A DNA stretch of 58,754 bases from Eubacteriales bacterium. Lineage in GTDB: Bacteria > Bacillota > Clostridia > Oscillospirales > CAG-272. Below the pieces are notes generated by a model. It made no database searches. It was not told the origin of the DNA and saw only the letters and a program-made list of their open reading frames with translations. The stretch covers positions 1-58,754 of the forward strand of contig JAZTYY010000070.1 in the NCBI GenBank assembly GCA_045637205.1. The letters run 5' to 3'. Both the position numbers and the translations under genes were made by a program. Shown in pieces: positions 26,218-36,107 of this stretch; within the stretch, counting starts at the first letter, position 1, and every line of letters starts with the position of its first letter.

Positions 26218-27624
26218 ATGGACAAGTACAAAAAGCTATTATCCAACACTCTGATTATATCCATAGGCACATTTTCATCAAAGCTTTTAGTCTATTTTTT
26301 GATGCCTCTTTACACGGCAATTTTGTCTGCGGAGCAGTATGGAACGGCTGACCTTATCACCAACGCGGCAAACTTATTAATACCTTTTTGCTGTATAGGA
26401 ATCACGCACGGAGTGTTCCGCTTTTCAGCCGATAATGAGGAAAATCACAAAACGATTTTATCCTCCGGTGTATGCGTACTTTTGATATCTAGCGGAGCAT
26501 TCATCGTGCTTTCTCCGTTTATTGCATTTGTTCCGTCATTTACAAGCTACGCTTGGCTTATCGCATTTTATGTTGTAAGCTCAAACTTCCATACACTTGT
26601 TAAAGAATATATAAGAGCAAGGGGAAGAATGAAGCTATATGCTGTTCAAAGTATTCTTGGAACGGCACTTACAATCGCGTTCAATCTTTTGTTCTTAATA
26701 CCTATGAGGCTCGGTATAACAGGATATGTTCTTTCAGTTGCTGTTGCTGATGCACTTGGCACTGTTTTCTTGATTTTTTATGCAAAAATCTATAAGGATT
26801 TTTCATTTAAATTCGTTTCTAAAATCAAAATCAAGGAGATGCTTAAGTATAGCTTACCAATGATGCCAACAACGGTTATTTGGTGGATTACCAACGTTTC
26901 CGATAGATTTATGGTTTCATATATTTGTGATTTTGCTGCCAATGGACTTTATTCCGCTGCATACAAGATACCAACGATTATTGCTCTTGTTGCAGGTGTA
27001 TTTAATGAAGCATGGCAAATTTCGGCAATATCCGAATCCAATGATAGGGAAGAGGTAAGTAATTTCTTCTCGGCGGTATTTGAAAGATATCAAGCAATTT
27101 TATTCCTTGGATGCTCGTTGCTTATTCCGTTTACACCATTGGCAACTAAGATTTTGCTTAATGATTCTTATTATGAAGCGTGGACGTTTATGCCGGTGCT
27201 TTTGGTGGCAACGGTATTCTCATCACTTGTAACTTTTATTGGAACAATTTATACAGTTAAAAAGAGAACAACTATGTCTCTTGTAACAGCCGCGCTTGGA
27301 GCAGGTGTTAATGTGGTGCTTAATCTTGTTTTGATACCCGAAATGGGTGCGCAGGGTGCGGGCATCGCTACAGCGATAAGTTACTTTACGGTGTTTGTAT
27401 TTAGAGCAATTCATTCAAAATCATTCATGCCATTTAATCTTAAGGCGTGGAAGCTTGCGCTTAACACCTTGATAGTTGTTGTACAAATATTCTTTATGAT
27501 ATTTGCCTCTATGCCGTACAATATTTTGGCTCAAATTTTACTTGTTGCTTCGATATGTGTTCTAAATGCAAACTCAATAATTTCGGCATTGAAAAAAGTG
27601 TTGAAAAAAATAATAAAAAATTAA
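26218..27624 (+). CDS. MOP-superfamily oligosaccharide/polysaccharide flippase (Wzx/SpoVB-like)
   Basis: I moved the start to the ATG at 26218 behind GGAGG. The N-terminus (KKLLSNTLIISIGTFSSKLLVYFLMPLYT) is typical of polysaccharide biosynthesis proteins, and there are about 12-14 TM helices. Confidence 0.75.
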   Translation: MDKYKKLLSNTLIISIGTFSSKLLVYFLMPLYTAILSAEQYGTADLITNAANLLIPFCCIGITHGVFRFSADNEENHKTILSSGVCVLLISSGAFIVLSPFIAFVPSFTSYAWLIAFYVVSSNFHTLVKEYIRARGRMKLYAVQSILGTALTIAFNLLFLIPMRLGITGYVLSVAVADALGTVFLIFYAKIYKDFSFKFVSKIKIKEMLKYSLPMMPTTVIWWITNVSDRFMVSYICDFAANGLYSAAYKIPTIIALVAGVFNEAWQISAISESNDREEVSNFFSAVFERYQAILFLGCSLLIPFTPLATKILLNDSYYEAWTFMPVLLVATVFSSLVTFIGTIYTVKKRTTMSLVTAALGAGVNVVLNLVLIPEMGAQGAGIATAISYFTVFVFRAIHSKSFMPFNLKAWKLALNTLIVVVQIFFMIFASMPYNILAQILLVASICVLNANSIISALKKVLKKIIKN

Positions 27625-27632
27625 AAAAACTC

Positions 27633-27661
27633 TTGCAATTTGAGAAAAGATGTGCTATAAT
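27633..27661 (+). promoter_or_regulatory. sigma-A-type promoter of rplS
   Basis: TTGCAA, a 17-nt spacer, then TATAAT with a TGc extended -10. It leaves a leader of about 90 nt. Confidence 0.55.
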
Positions 27662-27756
27662 ACACACTGTATGTGTATGTCACATAGATATTATATGGAA
27701 TAGTCCGCTGCGACGCTCTGCATGAATATTCCGATTTTTTAAGGAGGGCCAAACAA

Positions 27757-28098
27757 ATGGATTTGATCAAGGCTTTTACAAACGAGCAGCTTAAGAAGGA
27801 ACTCCCTGAGGTTAACGTTGGTGACACAGTTCGCGTTCACAACAAGATCAAAGAGGGAACACGTGAAAGAGTTCAGCTTTTCGAAGGTACAGTTATCGCT
27901 AAACACGGCGGCGGTATCTCTGAAACATTCACAGTAAGAAGAGTAGCATATGGTGTAGGTGTTGAAAAGACATTCCCCATCCACTCTCCTAACGTTGAAA
28001 AGGTTGATATCATCAGACACGGTAAGGTTAGACGTGCAAAACTTTACTATCTTCGTGATAGAGTTGGTAAGGCGTCTAAGGTTAAGGAAAGAATCTAA
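27757..28098 (+). CDS. rplS: 50S ribosomal protein L19
   Basis: It matches L19 over its full length (..[23 protein letters not shown]...GGG..ETFTVR...YGVGVE..FP.HSP....V....[11 protein letters not shown]). Confidence 0.97.
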   Translation: MDLIKAFTNEQLKKELPEVNVGDTVRVHNKIKEGTRERVQLFEGTVIAKHGGGISETFTVRRVAYGVGVEKTFPIHSPNVEKVDIIRHGKVRRAKLYYLRDRVGKASKVKERI

Positions 28099-28120
28099 TT
28101 ACAACTTAACAAAAAGAGAT

Positions 28121-28150
28121 AGAGTGCTTCGGCACTCTTTCTTTTTTTGT
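28121..28150 (+). terminator. rplS terminator
   Basis: The hairpin AGAGTGC-TTCG-GCACTCT is followed by a long T-run. Confidence 0.8.
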
Positions 28151-28158
28151 TTTTTGTC

Positions 28159-28187
28159 TTGAAAAATGTCAAAAAATGCGATATAAT
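28159..28187 (+). promoter_or_regulatory. sigma-A-type promoter upstream of the XRE-family gene
   Basis: TTGAAA, a 17-nt spacer, then TATAAT. The leader of about 115 nt contains the hairpin ATGCAAC-CGAA-AGTTGCAT (28193-28212). Confidence 0.45.
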
Positions 28188-28304
28188 AGGAAATGCAACC
28201 GAAAGTTGCATCATTTCTTGAATTTGAAAACTAAAATGTATTGAAAAAACATTTGCGTTTGGGTATATTTTAATCACAACTAAAGCAAAGGAGAATTACT
28301 TAGC

Positions 28305-29150
28305 ATGACACTTGAAACCGCTAATAGATTGTATGAATTAAGAAAAAAGCATAATCTTTCTCAAGAAGAGCTTGCAGAAAAGCTTGGCGTTTCCCGTCAA
28401 GCGGTATCAAAATGGGAGAGAAGTGAAGCAAGTCCTGATACTGACAATCTTATTGCTCTTGCTAAATTGTATGGACTTTCTATCGATGAACTTATTTACG
28501 GAGAAAAAGAAGAGTCGGAAGAAGAAAGCAAGGAAACTGAAGAAACAGCTGAAGAATCATTCAATAAGGATGATGTAAAGATTGCTATTGAAGAAGATGA
28601 TGGCGATAAAGTAACAATCACAAATGATGGAATCTTAGTTGAAGAAAAGGACGGAACGAAAGTTAAAATTCGTCTCAAAGGAAAGCTGATAAGTAAAATA
28701 TTCAATAAGATTGAGAGTGAATTGGACGACTTTGATTGTGAGTCGGAGGAAGATGAAGATGGCATAAAAAAGGTTTATGTTTCAAGTGACGGAAATACGG
28801 TAATTAAGGTTGAAGAGCCTAAGAAAAACAATAAAATTTGGCTTGATGCTCCATATACGATAATTTGTGGAATAGTATACCTTTTGCTTGGATTTTATGA
28901 TGTTTTAGGTGGATGGGGACAAGCTTGGGTGATTTTTGTTACAATCCCTATTTTCGATTCTTTTATCGAATCCATATATAAGAAAAAGTTTAGTGAATTT
29001 GATTATATGATTCTTGCGCTTTTCTTGTTTTTGCTTTGGGGCATATATGGTATAATCGACTGGCATCCGGGCTGGATAATATTCTTAACTATTCCGGTTT
29101 ATGATTGGATTGCTTCAGCACTTGATAAATGGATTAGTAGTCGCAAATAA
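28305..29150 (+). CDS. XRE-family helix-turn-helix protein with an acidic linker and a C-terminal 4-TM domain
   Basis: The HTH is LSQEELAEKLGVSRQAVSKWERSEASPD. It is followed by an E/D-rich linker and hydrophobic helices in the last ~110 aa. Confidence 0.8.
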   Translation: MTLETANRLYELRKKHNLSQEELAEKLGVSRQAVSKWERSEASPDTDNLIALAKLYGLSIDELIYGEKEESEEESKETEETAEESFNKDDVKIAIEEDDGDKVTITNDGILVEEKDGTKVKIRLKGKLISKIFNKIESELDDFDCESEEDEDGIKKVYVSSDGNTVIKVEEPKKNNKIWLDAPYTIICGIVYLLLGFYDVLGGWGQAWVIFVTIPIFDSFIESIYKKKFSEFDYMILALFLFLLWGIYGIIDWHPGWIIFLTIPVYDWIASALDKWISSRK

Positions 29151-29184
29151 CATAAAATAATATGAAATAAAATGAATTTTGTTC

Positions 29185-29214
29185 AAAAGCACCGAAAATC
29201 ATCGGTGCTTTTTG
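29185..29214 (+). terminator. rho-independent terminator
   Basis: The hairpin AAAAGCACCGA..TCGGTGCTTTT is followed by TG. Confidence 0.75.
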
Positions 29215-29238
29215 TATATAATAATATTATATATGTGA

Positions 29239-29267
29239 TTGACTTTTTTTTGTCAAAATGATATAAT
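29239..29267 (+). promoter_or_regulatory. sigma-A-type promoter of malQ
   Basis: TTGACT, a 17-nt spacer, then TATAAT. Confidence 0.5.
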
Positions 29268-29319
29268 GTTGAGTGGGAAATATTAAATATTTCTTTGTCT
29301 TATAGAAAGGAGAAGTATT

Positions 29320-30813
29320 TTGAATAATACAAAGAACAACTTTGGTTTTACACACAAAAGCGGAATTCTTATGCCCGTAAGCTCTTTGCCTGCTAAATAC
29401 GGCATTGGTGACTTCGGTCAGTGCGCTTTTGACTTCGTGGATTTTTTGAGTGAAACTCAACAGACTTGTTGGCAGGTTTTGCCTCTTAATCCAACATCCT
29501 ATGGTGACAGCCCCTATCAGTCTCCCGCTGCTTGCGCAGGTAACCCTTATTTTATAGCTCCCGAGCTTCTTTATAAGCAGGGTTTGCTTACAAAGGAAGA
29601 ACTTGATTCCTATGAGCACGCACAGGGAAAGGTTGATTACGGCTTCCTTTTCAACACTCGTTACGAAATGCTTCGCAAAGCATTTGCAAGATTTACTCCC
29701 AATGCTGAATACGATGCATTCTGTGAAAAGACATCCGCTTGGCTTGAGGACTATGCGCTCTTTATGGCACTCAAGGTTCACTATAACTATTGCCAGTGGA
29801 CACTTTGGGGTGACGAGCACAAGAATGTTGCAGCTGCTCGTGAGCACAAGGGCGAATTTGAAGCTGAAATGAATTTCTGGAAATGGATTCAGTTTGAATT
29901 TATGACAGAATGGAAAGCGGTTGTTGAATATGCTCACTCAAAGGGAATCACAATTATCGGTGATATGCCCATCTACGTTGCACACGATAGCGTTGACGTA
30001 TGGAGTGCGCCCGAGCAATTCTTGCTTGACCAAAACTACAATCCTACAATCGTTGCTGGTTGTCCTCCCGATGGATTCTCAGCTGACGGTCAGCTTTGGG
30101 GTAACCCCATTTATAACTATGACCTTATGAAAGAACAGGATTACGCTTGGTGGGTAAACCGCGCAAGAGCTAATTTTGATCTTTACGATATCATAAGAAT
30201 TGACCACTTCCGTGGCTTTGCAAGCTACTATGCAATTCCTGCTCACCACGATACCGCAAGATACGGTACATGGGAAATCGGTCCTCGTCTTCCTTTGTTC
30301 GAAGCAATTGATAAGGCATTGCCCGATTCTAAGATTATTGCAGAGGACTTGGGTCTTATCACAGATGACGTTATTGAGCTTCTTGAACAGACAGGCTTCC
30401 CTGGAATGAAGATGCTTCATTTCGCGTTCTATGATGCAGAAAGTGAGTTCTTGCCTAGAAATTATCCCAATGCTAACTGTATTGTATATTCCGCATCTCA
30501 CGATAGTGACTGTACAGCTACTTGGTATGAAAATCTTGTTGGTGAGGCACTTGATAGATTTAGACTTGAATGTCCCAGAAGATTGGATCAAAATCCCATT
30601 GAGGCACTTATCGAATTTGCAATGACTAGCCCGGCTAACCTTGCAATGGTTCCCCTTATGGATTATCTTGAATTGCCTAACAGCATAGGCAGAATTAACA
30701 CTCCTGCGGTTGCAGAAGGCAACTGGGCATGGAGAGCAGAGCCTGATTACGCAAGCGAAGATATCAAGAGAAAGATTATCGACGTAACTGTAAGAACAGG
30801 ACGTGCAAAATAA
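29320..30813 (+). CDS. malQ: 4-alpha-glucanotransferase (amylomaltase, GH77)
   Basis: The N-terminus (GILMPVSSLP..YGIGDFG) and DMPIYV, IDHFRGF and PGMK.L.FA are typical of MalQ. The start is TTG behind AAAGGAG. Confidence 0.9.
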   Translation: MNNTKNNFGFTHKSGILMPVSSLPAKYGIGDFGQCAFDFVDFLSETQQTCWQVLPLNPTSYGDSPYQSPAACAGNPYFIAPELLYKQGLLTKEELDSYEHAQGKVDYGFLFNTRYEMLRKAFARFTPNAEYDAFCEKTSAWLEDYALFMALKVHYNYCQWTLWGDEHKNVAAAREHKGEFEAEMNFWKWIQFEFMTEWKAVVEYAHSKGITIIGDMPIYVAHDSVDVWSAPEQFLLDQNYNPTIVAGCPPDGFSADGQLWGNPIYNYDLMKEQDYAWWVNRARANFDLYDIIRIDHFRGFASYYAIPAHHDTARYGTWEIGPRLPLFEAIDKALPDSKIIAEDLGLITDDVIELLEQTGFPGMKMLHFAFYDAESEFLPRNYPNANCIVYSASHDSDCTATWYENLVGEALDRFRLECPRRLDQNPIEALIEFAMTSPANLAMVPLMDYLELPNSIGRINTPAVAEGNWAWRAEPDYASEDIKRKIIDVTVRTGRAK

Positions 30814-30858
30814 TAGTCAATAACAAAATTTTAAATAAATAATTGAAAGGAATTTGTT

Positions 30859-33675
30859 ATGAAGAAATCATTAATCAAACGTTTGTCCCTTGTATTGCTG
30901 ATTTGTATGTTATTCGGTATACTTGGTACATCTTGCTTCGAACCTATCATAGAATATGTATATATTCCTGGTGAAGATAAGGTTGAGGGGCTCCAAAAAG
31001 AAGATACCTCCGGCAATGTAGATAACGGTGGTATTATGGGTACATATCAGCCTCCCGAAGGCGAATATGACATTGAAACTCCCGAAGGTTTCAATAAGGT
31101 TACATTCTATTGGGTTAACCCCATGTTCTCATCATGGGCTGACTACGAAACATGTGACATTTGGATTTGGTACGATGACGTTGACGGTAAGGGTTACTTG
31201 ATGGAAGAATGCTCTTATGGTGCAAAGGTTGTTATCAACGTACCTGAAACAGTAACAGAAGTTGGCTTTATCGTTCGTAAGGACTGCTCCGAGCCCGGTG
31301 GCACAAGCTGGGGTTCAGCTTCCAAGGACGGTGGCGACGACCGTTTCGCAATTATTACAGGAAAAGAAACATACATTTTCCTTAAGAATGGTGACACAAA
31401 CCAATACGCAAGTGATGATGGAGTGAATTTAGTGCAGATTAAGAAGTTCAACGTGGCTGGAATGGAAGACTTCCACACAATCAAGTATAACATTACTCCC
31501 GCTAAGAAGCTTGAAAACTATCAGCAGATTAGTGTTTGGGATGGTGACAAACAGCTCACAGTAACAAGAGTAAATACAATGGGTAAATCTACATCTCAGG
31601 GTATGATTACTATTGAAGAAAAGCTTGAGCTTAACAAGATTTATACAGTTAAGATCGAAGGCTTCGATCCTATTAACGTAGTTCCCATGGGCATTTTCAA
31701 TAAGCCTGAATTTGGTGAAATGTACAACTACGACGGCAATGACCTTGGTTCTTACATCAACGGTGATAGCACAACATTTAAGGTATGGGCTCCTACAGCT
31801 TCTAATGTAGTTCTTGACCTTTATGAAAAGGGTAATGAATTTGACGCAGACGGCAAGCCCATCGTTGGTACAGCAAACGATGCTTTCAACCGTGTTGAAA
31901 TGACTCTTGGTGAAAAGGGTGTTTGGACAGCAACAGTTCCTGGTGTTGGACATGGCACATACTACACATACACAGTAACAACTGCAGCAGGTACAGAAAC
32001 AGCAACTGACCCCTACGGTAAGGCAGCTGGTCTTAACGGTAATAGATCAATGGTAGTTGACCTTGATTCTACTAACCCTGCAGGTTGGACAGACGTTGAC
32101 TTTGACCCCACTTTCGATGGTAAGGTTAACTTCGACAGCTACTCAGATGCATTCATTTGGGAAGTACACGTTCGTGACTTCTCTAACCTTATCGGTACAT
32201 CTCAGTATAAGGGTAAATACCTTGCATTCACAGAAACAGGCCTTGTAAACGAACACGGTATGCCCGTTGGTATCGATTACCTTAAGGAGCTTGGTGTAAC
32301 TCACGTTCACCTTCTTCCTGTTTACGACTATGCAACAGTTAAAGAAGAAAATCCCGATAGCGGATTTAACTGGGGTTATGACCCCAAGAACTACAACGTT
32401 CCCGAAGGTAGCTACAGTACTGACCCCTACAACGGTGAAGTAAGAATCAATGAATACAAGCAGATGGTTCAGGCTCTTCACGAAGCAGGCATCGGTGTTA
32501 TCATGGACGTTGTTTACAACCACACATTTAGTGCAACAGACAGTAACTTCCACAGAATAGTTCCTTATTACTATTACAGATACAACGCAAACGGTGCTAA
32601 CTCCAATGCATCCGGTTGTGGTAACGATACAGCTTCTGAACGTTACATGTTCAGAAAGTACATGATCGATAGCGTATCCTACTGGTTGAATGAATACAAC
32701 CTTGACGGTTTCCGTTTCGACCTTATGGGTCTTCACGATCTTGAAACAATGAGACAGATCGAAGCAGCAGTTCACGCAGTTAACCCCAATGCAATCATCT
32801 ACGGTGAAGGTTGGACAATGGGTAGCACAACTGACGGTAGTGAACAGGCTAACCAGACAAACATTGGTAAGATCACAGCTACTAACGGTGCTATCGGTTC
32901 CGTAGCAGTATTTAACGATGCTATGAGAAACGGTCTTAAGGGTAATAGTGGATTTGGTGAAATCACATCCGGTATTATCAATGGTAATGCAAACTCCGAC
33001 AACTTGAACAAGGTATTGTTCAGTATCATGGGTGGTATGACAAGCGGTCAGTCTTGGAGAGTATCCAACAGCATGGTTATCAACTACATGAGTGCTCACG
33101 ACAACCTTGCTCTTTGGGACCAGCTCACATTGACAATGGGTGGCACAACAGCTTCTAAGGCTAAGGCTAACCGTCTTGGTGCAGCTATCCTCTTCGTATC
33201 TAAGGGTACTCCTTTCGTACAGGCTGGTGAAGAAATGCTTAGAACAAAGCCTTACTATGATAAGCAGGGTAACCTTGTTCCTGGTGAATACGATGAAAAC
33301 AGCTATTCTTCTTGTGACGCTACAAACAACATTAAGTGGAATACACTTCAGACTGGATCTGAAGAATACAAGATGACTCAGTACTATGCAGGTCTTGTAG
33401 AAATGAGAAAAGCAAATCCCATCTTCTCAGACGTTGCAACAAAGATTACATCCAGCTCTCTTGGCAATGCAGGTTATGCTCTTAAGTATGAGCTTAACGG
33501 TCAGGAAGCAATTGTACTCTTCAATGCTTCTAATTCTTCCGTAAACTACTCAATGCCTAGTGGCTCTTGGAAGCTCGTTGCTACAGTTGATCAGGCTGGC
33601 TCATCAACAATCGCAACTCAGAACGGTGGTACAGTTTCTGTTCCTGCAGGCGGTATCCTCGTTTACGTTAAATAA
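30859..33675 (+). CDS. pulA: type I pullulanase (GH13), lipoprotein
   Basis: The lipobox is LGTSC. It carries the pullulanase signature FNWGYDPKNYNVPEGSY, then MDVVYNHT, DGFRFDLMG, YGEGW and MSAHDN. The N-terminus has CBM-like domains. Confidence 0.88.
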   Translation: MKKSLIKRLSLVLLICMLFGILGTSCFEPIIEYVYIPGEDKVEGLQKEDTSGNVDNGGIMGTYQPPEGEYDIETPEGFNKVTFYWVNPMFSSWADYETCDIWIWYDDVDGKGYLMEECSYGAKVVINVPETVTEVGFIVRKDCSEPGGTSWGSASKDGGDDRFAIITGKETYIFLKNGDTNQYASDDGVNLVQIKKFNVAGMEDFHTIKYNITPAKKLENYQQISVWDGDKQLTVTRVNTMGKSTSQGMITIEEKLELNKIYTVKIEGFDPINVVPMGIFNKPEFGEMYNYDGNDLGSYINGDSTTFKVWAPTASNVVLDLYEKGNEFDADGKPIVGTANDAFNRVEMTLGEKGVWTATVPGVGHGTYYTYTVTTAAGTETATDPYGKAAGLNGNRSMVVDLDSTNPAGWTDVDFDPTFDGKVNFDSYSDAFIWEVHVRDFSNLIGTSQYKGKYLAFTETGLVNEHGMPVGIDYLKELGVTHVHLLPVYDYATVKEENPDSGFNWGYDPKNYNVPEGSYSTDPYNGEVRINEYKQMVQALHEAGIGVIMDVVYNHTFSATDSNFHRIVPYYYYRYNANGANSNASGCGNDTASERYMFRKYMIDSVSYWLNEYNLDGFRFDLMGLHDLETMRQIEAAVHAVNPNAIIYGEGWTMGSTTDGSEQANQTNIGKITATNGAIGSVAVFNDAMRNGLKGNSGFGEITSGIINGNANSDNLNKVLFSIMGGMTSGQSWRVSNSMVINYMSAHDNLALWDQLTLTMGGTTASKAKANRLGAAILFVSKGTPFVQAGEEMLRTKPYYDKQGNLVPGEYDENSYSSCDATNNIKWNTLQTGSEEYKMTQYYAGLVEMRKANPIFSDVATKITSSSLGNAGYALKYELNGQEAIVLFNASNSSVNYSMPSGSWKLVATVDQAGSSTIATQNGGTVSVPAGGILVYVK

Positions 33676-33719
33676 TTGGCCTATTGACTCATTTAATAAA
33701 TGTTAATAAGGAGAATAAT

Positions 33720-35894
33720 ATGAAAAGAATAGTTAAAATATTATCCCTTCTTTTGGCTTTTGTTTTTGCAATGTCTGTATTCACAGCATGTGATATGCAG
33801 CCTGAAACAGTAACTGAATATATTGAAGAAGAGGGCAAAACTCTTGTTACAATTCAGTGGGTTTGGGGACAAAAGGTATTAAAAGAAGAATTGGTTGAAA
33901 AGGGAACAAAGCTCACAGAGTGGATTCCCGAAGTAGAAGGAAGAGAATTCCAGGGCTGGTATGAAAGACCCTATATTAAGAAATTCGACTTCGAAAAGAC
34001 AGTAGTTAAAAAGAGCATGATGATTTATGCTTCTTTCACAGGTGGCGCAGATCCTGTAGAGCCTGTAACTCCCGACTGGTATCTTATCGGTGCTGGTAAG
34101 GGCGACCTTAATAAGGCAAACAACTGGAACCACGAGGCAGCAGCAGCTAACCTTGGTTTGTTCCCCGGTGAAGATGGAATCTATAAGGTTACATTGAACT
34201 TGTTCGCGGGTGACCAGTTTAAGATGACTCAGAATATGGGTTGGGATAACGAAAAGGCAATTGATAAGATGGCTGGATTCGATGGCTCATCTGTAAAGGA
34301 TGCTAACGGAAACGTAGTATTCACAGCAGGTGAAAACAACAACTTTGTTGTAGCTGAAGGCATGGACGGTAAGTATGAAATTTCTTACGACGCTAATGCT
34401 GACGTAATTTACTTTGCACTTATTGAAAAGCTTGACAGCATGCCCGACGATATCCGTTTGATCGGTGACGTTAACGGCTGGTCAACAGTATACGGCGAAG
34501 AAGACTTTAAGTTTACATCCGCTGACGGTATTAACTGGACATACACATGGGAAGTAACATCTCCCGCAACATTCAAGCTTTATAACAACCTCTCCGGTGT
34601 ATACTATCCCGGTGGTGTTGGTAATGACCTTGTAATTGAACCCGGTGTTTACACAATCGAATTCAATAGCACAACAAGAAATATCGTTGTTAAGGATCAG
34701 AACGGCAACGAAGTTGACGTTGGATTCTCAAGCGGATCAACAGGTGGTGAAGGCGGAGGCACAACAGTTACTCCTAACGCTAACCCCGTTGAAAAGGTTT
34801 ACGTAGTTCTTAACTCCGCTTGGGACGATGGTTCCTTGATGGGTGCTTGGACATGGCCCGGTGATCAGTGGGTAGCTCTTAATCCTACAGCTGATCCTAT
34901 GGTATATGAAGTAATTATTCCTGCTGGCGCTAATATGGTTATCTTCGTTGATTTCAACGGTTCTGAATATAACTGGGATATGAAGAGAGAACAGACAGGC
35001 GACCTTGCAGTTCCCGATAAGTCTGATGATAAGATTTACTACCACGTAGCTACTGGTTCTTGGTCTAACAGCAGCGAATCCTCTGGTTCAGGTAATAACG
35101 GTGGTTCAATTCCTGAAGGCGAAGGCATCTTGGTATTCTTCCAGAACAACTGGAAGTGGAGCAATGTTTCCGCTTACTACTGGGGCTCAGCAGCAGATCC
35201 TACATGGCCCGGTAACGCAATGACACTTGTTGGTGAAGTTGATGGTAACGAAGTATATGCAATCAGAGTTCCTGAAGGCATTACAGGTCTTGTCTTCAAC
35301 GGTGTTAAGGATGACGGTTCAGGTAACCTTGATCAGACTCCCGACATCACATCAGGTCTTGTTAACGGAGCTGGTTGGAAGATGGATTGGAACAACGGCA
35401 ATTTGGCAGTTGAATTCATTTACAACCCCGATGGATGCTCACACTCTTCTGAAGGTGAAGGAACAGTTATCGTAGCTGCAACTTGCACAGAAGGTGGTCA
35501 GACATCTTACGTTTGCTCAAAGTGTGCTGAAACATACACATTGAACACACCTGCACTTGGTCATAACTACGGTGCAAACGGTACATGTGGAACATGTGGT
35601 ATTGGTTCTGTTTACACAACAGTAGGTATGGCAGGACTTTGCGGAAGCGACTGGAACACAAATGATACGGCTAACGATATGACATATGATGAAGCAACAG
35701 GTGTTTACACAAAGGTATTCACAGGTATTGCTGCAGGTACATATGAATATAAGGTAGTTCTTAATCATAAGTGGGGAGCAGGAGAATATCCTACAAATGC
35801 AGCTAATGCATCTATAACAGTTTCTGCTGATAATAGCACAGTAACTATTACTTGGAATCCTACAACTCAGGTTCTTGAAGCTACAATTTCCTAA
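33720..35894 (+). CDS. multi-domain starch-binding surface lipoprotein with no catalytic domain recognised
   Basis: I moved the start to the ATG at 33720 behind AAGGAG. The lipobox is VFTAC. A Listeria-Bacteroides-type repeat follows (..EGREFQGWYERPYIKKFDFEKT....MIYASF). There are several beta-sandwich CBM-like modules, including CBM25/26-like segments (VSAYYWGS..PTWPGNAM...VFNG...QTPD). A Cys-rich module is present (CSHS..AATCTEGG..VCSKC..TCGTCG). Confidence 0.65.
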   Translation: MKRIVKILSLLLAFVFAMSVFTACDMQPETVTEYIEEEGKTLVTIQWVWGQKVLKEELVEKGTKLTEWIPEVEGREFQGWYERPYIKKFDFEKTVVKKSMMIYASFTGGADPVEPVTPDWYLIGAGKGDLNKANNWNHEAAAANLGLFPGEDGIYKVTLNLFAGDQFKMTQNMGWDNEKAIDKMAGFDGSSVKDANGNVVFTAGENNNFVVAEGMDGKYEISYDANADVIYFALIEKLDSMPDDIRLIGDVNGWSTVYGEEDFKFTSADGINWTYTWEVTSPATFKLYNNLSGVYYPGGVGNDLVIEPGVYTIEFNSTTRNIVVKDQNGNEVDVGFSSGSTGGEGGGTTVTPNANPVEKVYVVLNSAWDDGSLMGAWTWPGDQWVALNPTADPMVYEVIIPAGANMVIFVDFNGSEYNWDMKREQTGDLAVPDKSDDKIYYHVATGSWSNSSESSGSGNNGGSIPEGEGILVFFQNNWKWSNVSAYYWGSAADPTWPGNAMTLVGEVDGNEVYAIRVPEGITGLVFNGVKDDGSGNLDQTPDITSGLVNGAGWKMDWNNGNLAVEFIYNPDGCSHSSEGEGTVIVAATCTEGGQTSYVCSKCAETYTLNTPALGHNYGANGTCGTCGIGSVYTTVGMAGLCGSDWNTNDTANDMTYDEATGVYTKVFTGIAAGTYEYKVVLNHKWGAGEYPTNAANASITVSADNSTVTITWNPTTQVLEATIS

Positions 35895-35912
35895 TAATAA
35901 ATAAATATTTTT

Positions 35913-35942
35913 CCCCGCGTCCGTTTGGACGCGGGGTTTTTG
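35913..35942 (+). terminator. rho-independent terminator
   Basis: The hairpin CCCCGCGTCC-GTTT-GGACGCGGGG is followed by TTTTT. Confidence 0.85.
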
Positions 35943-35994
35943 TTATGGTTATATTACACAAAAAAATACGCACTATTTTGTTAAAAATTGATTG

Positions 35995-36023
35995 TTGAAA
36001 TTTGTAGGGAATAATGGTATAAT
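35995..36023 (+). promoter_or_regulatory. sigma-A-type promoter of the amylase gene
   Basis: TTGAAA, a 17-nt spacer, then TATAAT with a TGg extended -10. Confidence 0.5.
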
Positions 36024-36107
36024 TTACAGTGATGTAGTATGCTAAATTATGCATATTTCACTTATAAAACTAGTCAATAATATATATTGACAGAAGGAGT
36101 CCAAATA

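Noticed and set aside
29214-29238. An AT-only near-palindrome (TATATAATAATATTATATAT) just upstream of the malQ -35 box, considered as an operator or dif-like site.
   Set aside because: It is imperfect and indistinguishable from background AT-rich intergenic sequence. It resembles neither LacI/cre-type operators (no central CG) nor the Firmicute dif consensus as I remember it.
32143-33099. A 318-aa minus-strand ORF inside the pullulanase gene. Similar antisense ORFs lie at 31429-31953, 37056-37664, 29227-29937, 30079-30591 and 42672-43046.
   Set aside because: All are antisense to genes with unmistakable family motifs. They are Cys/Val/Thr-rich nonsense translations without start signals. Such ORFs are typical shadows in genes with a strong codon bias.
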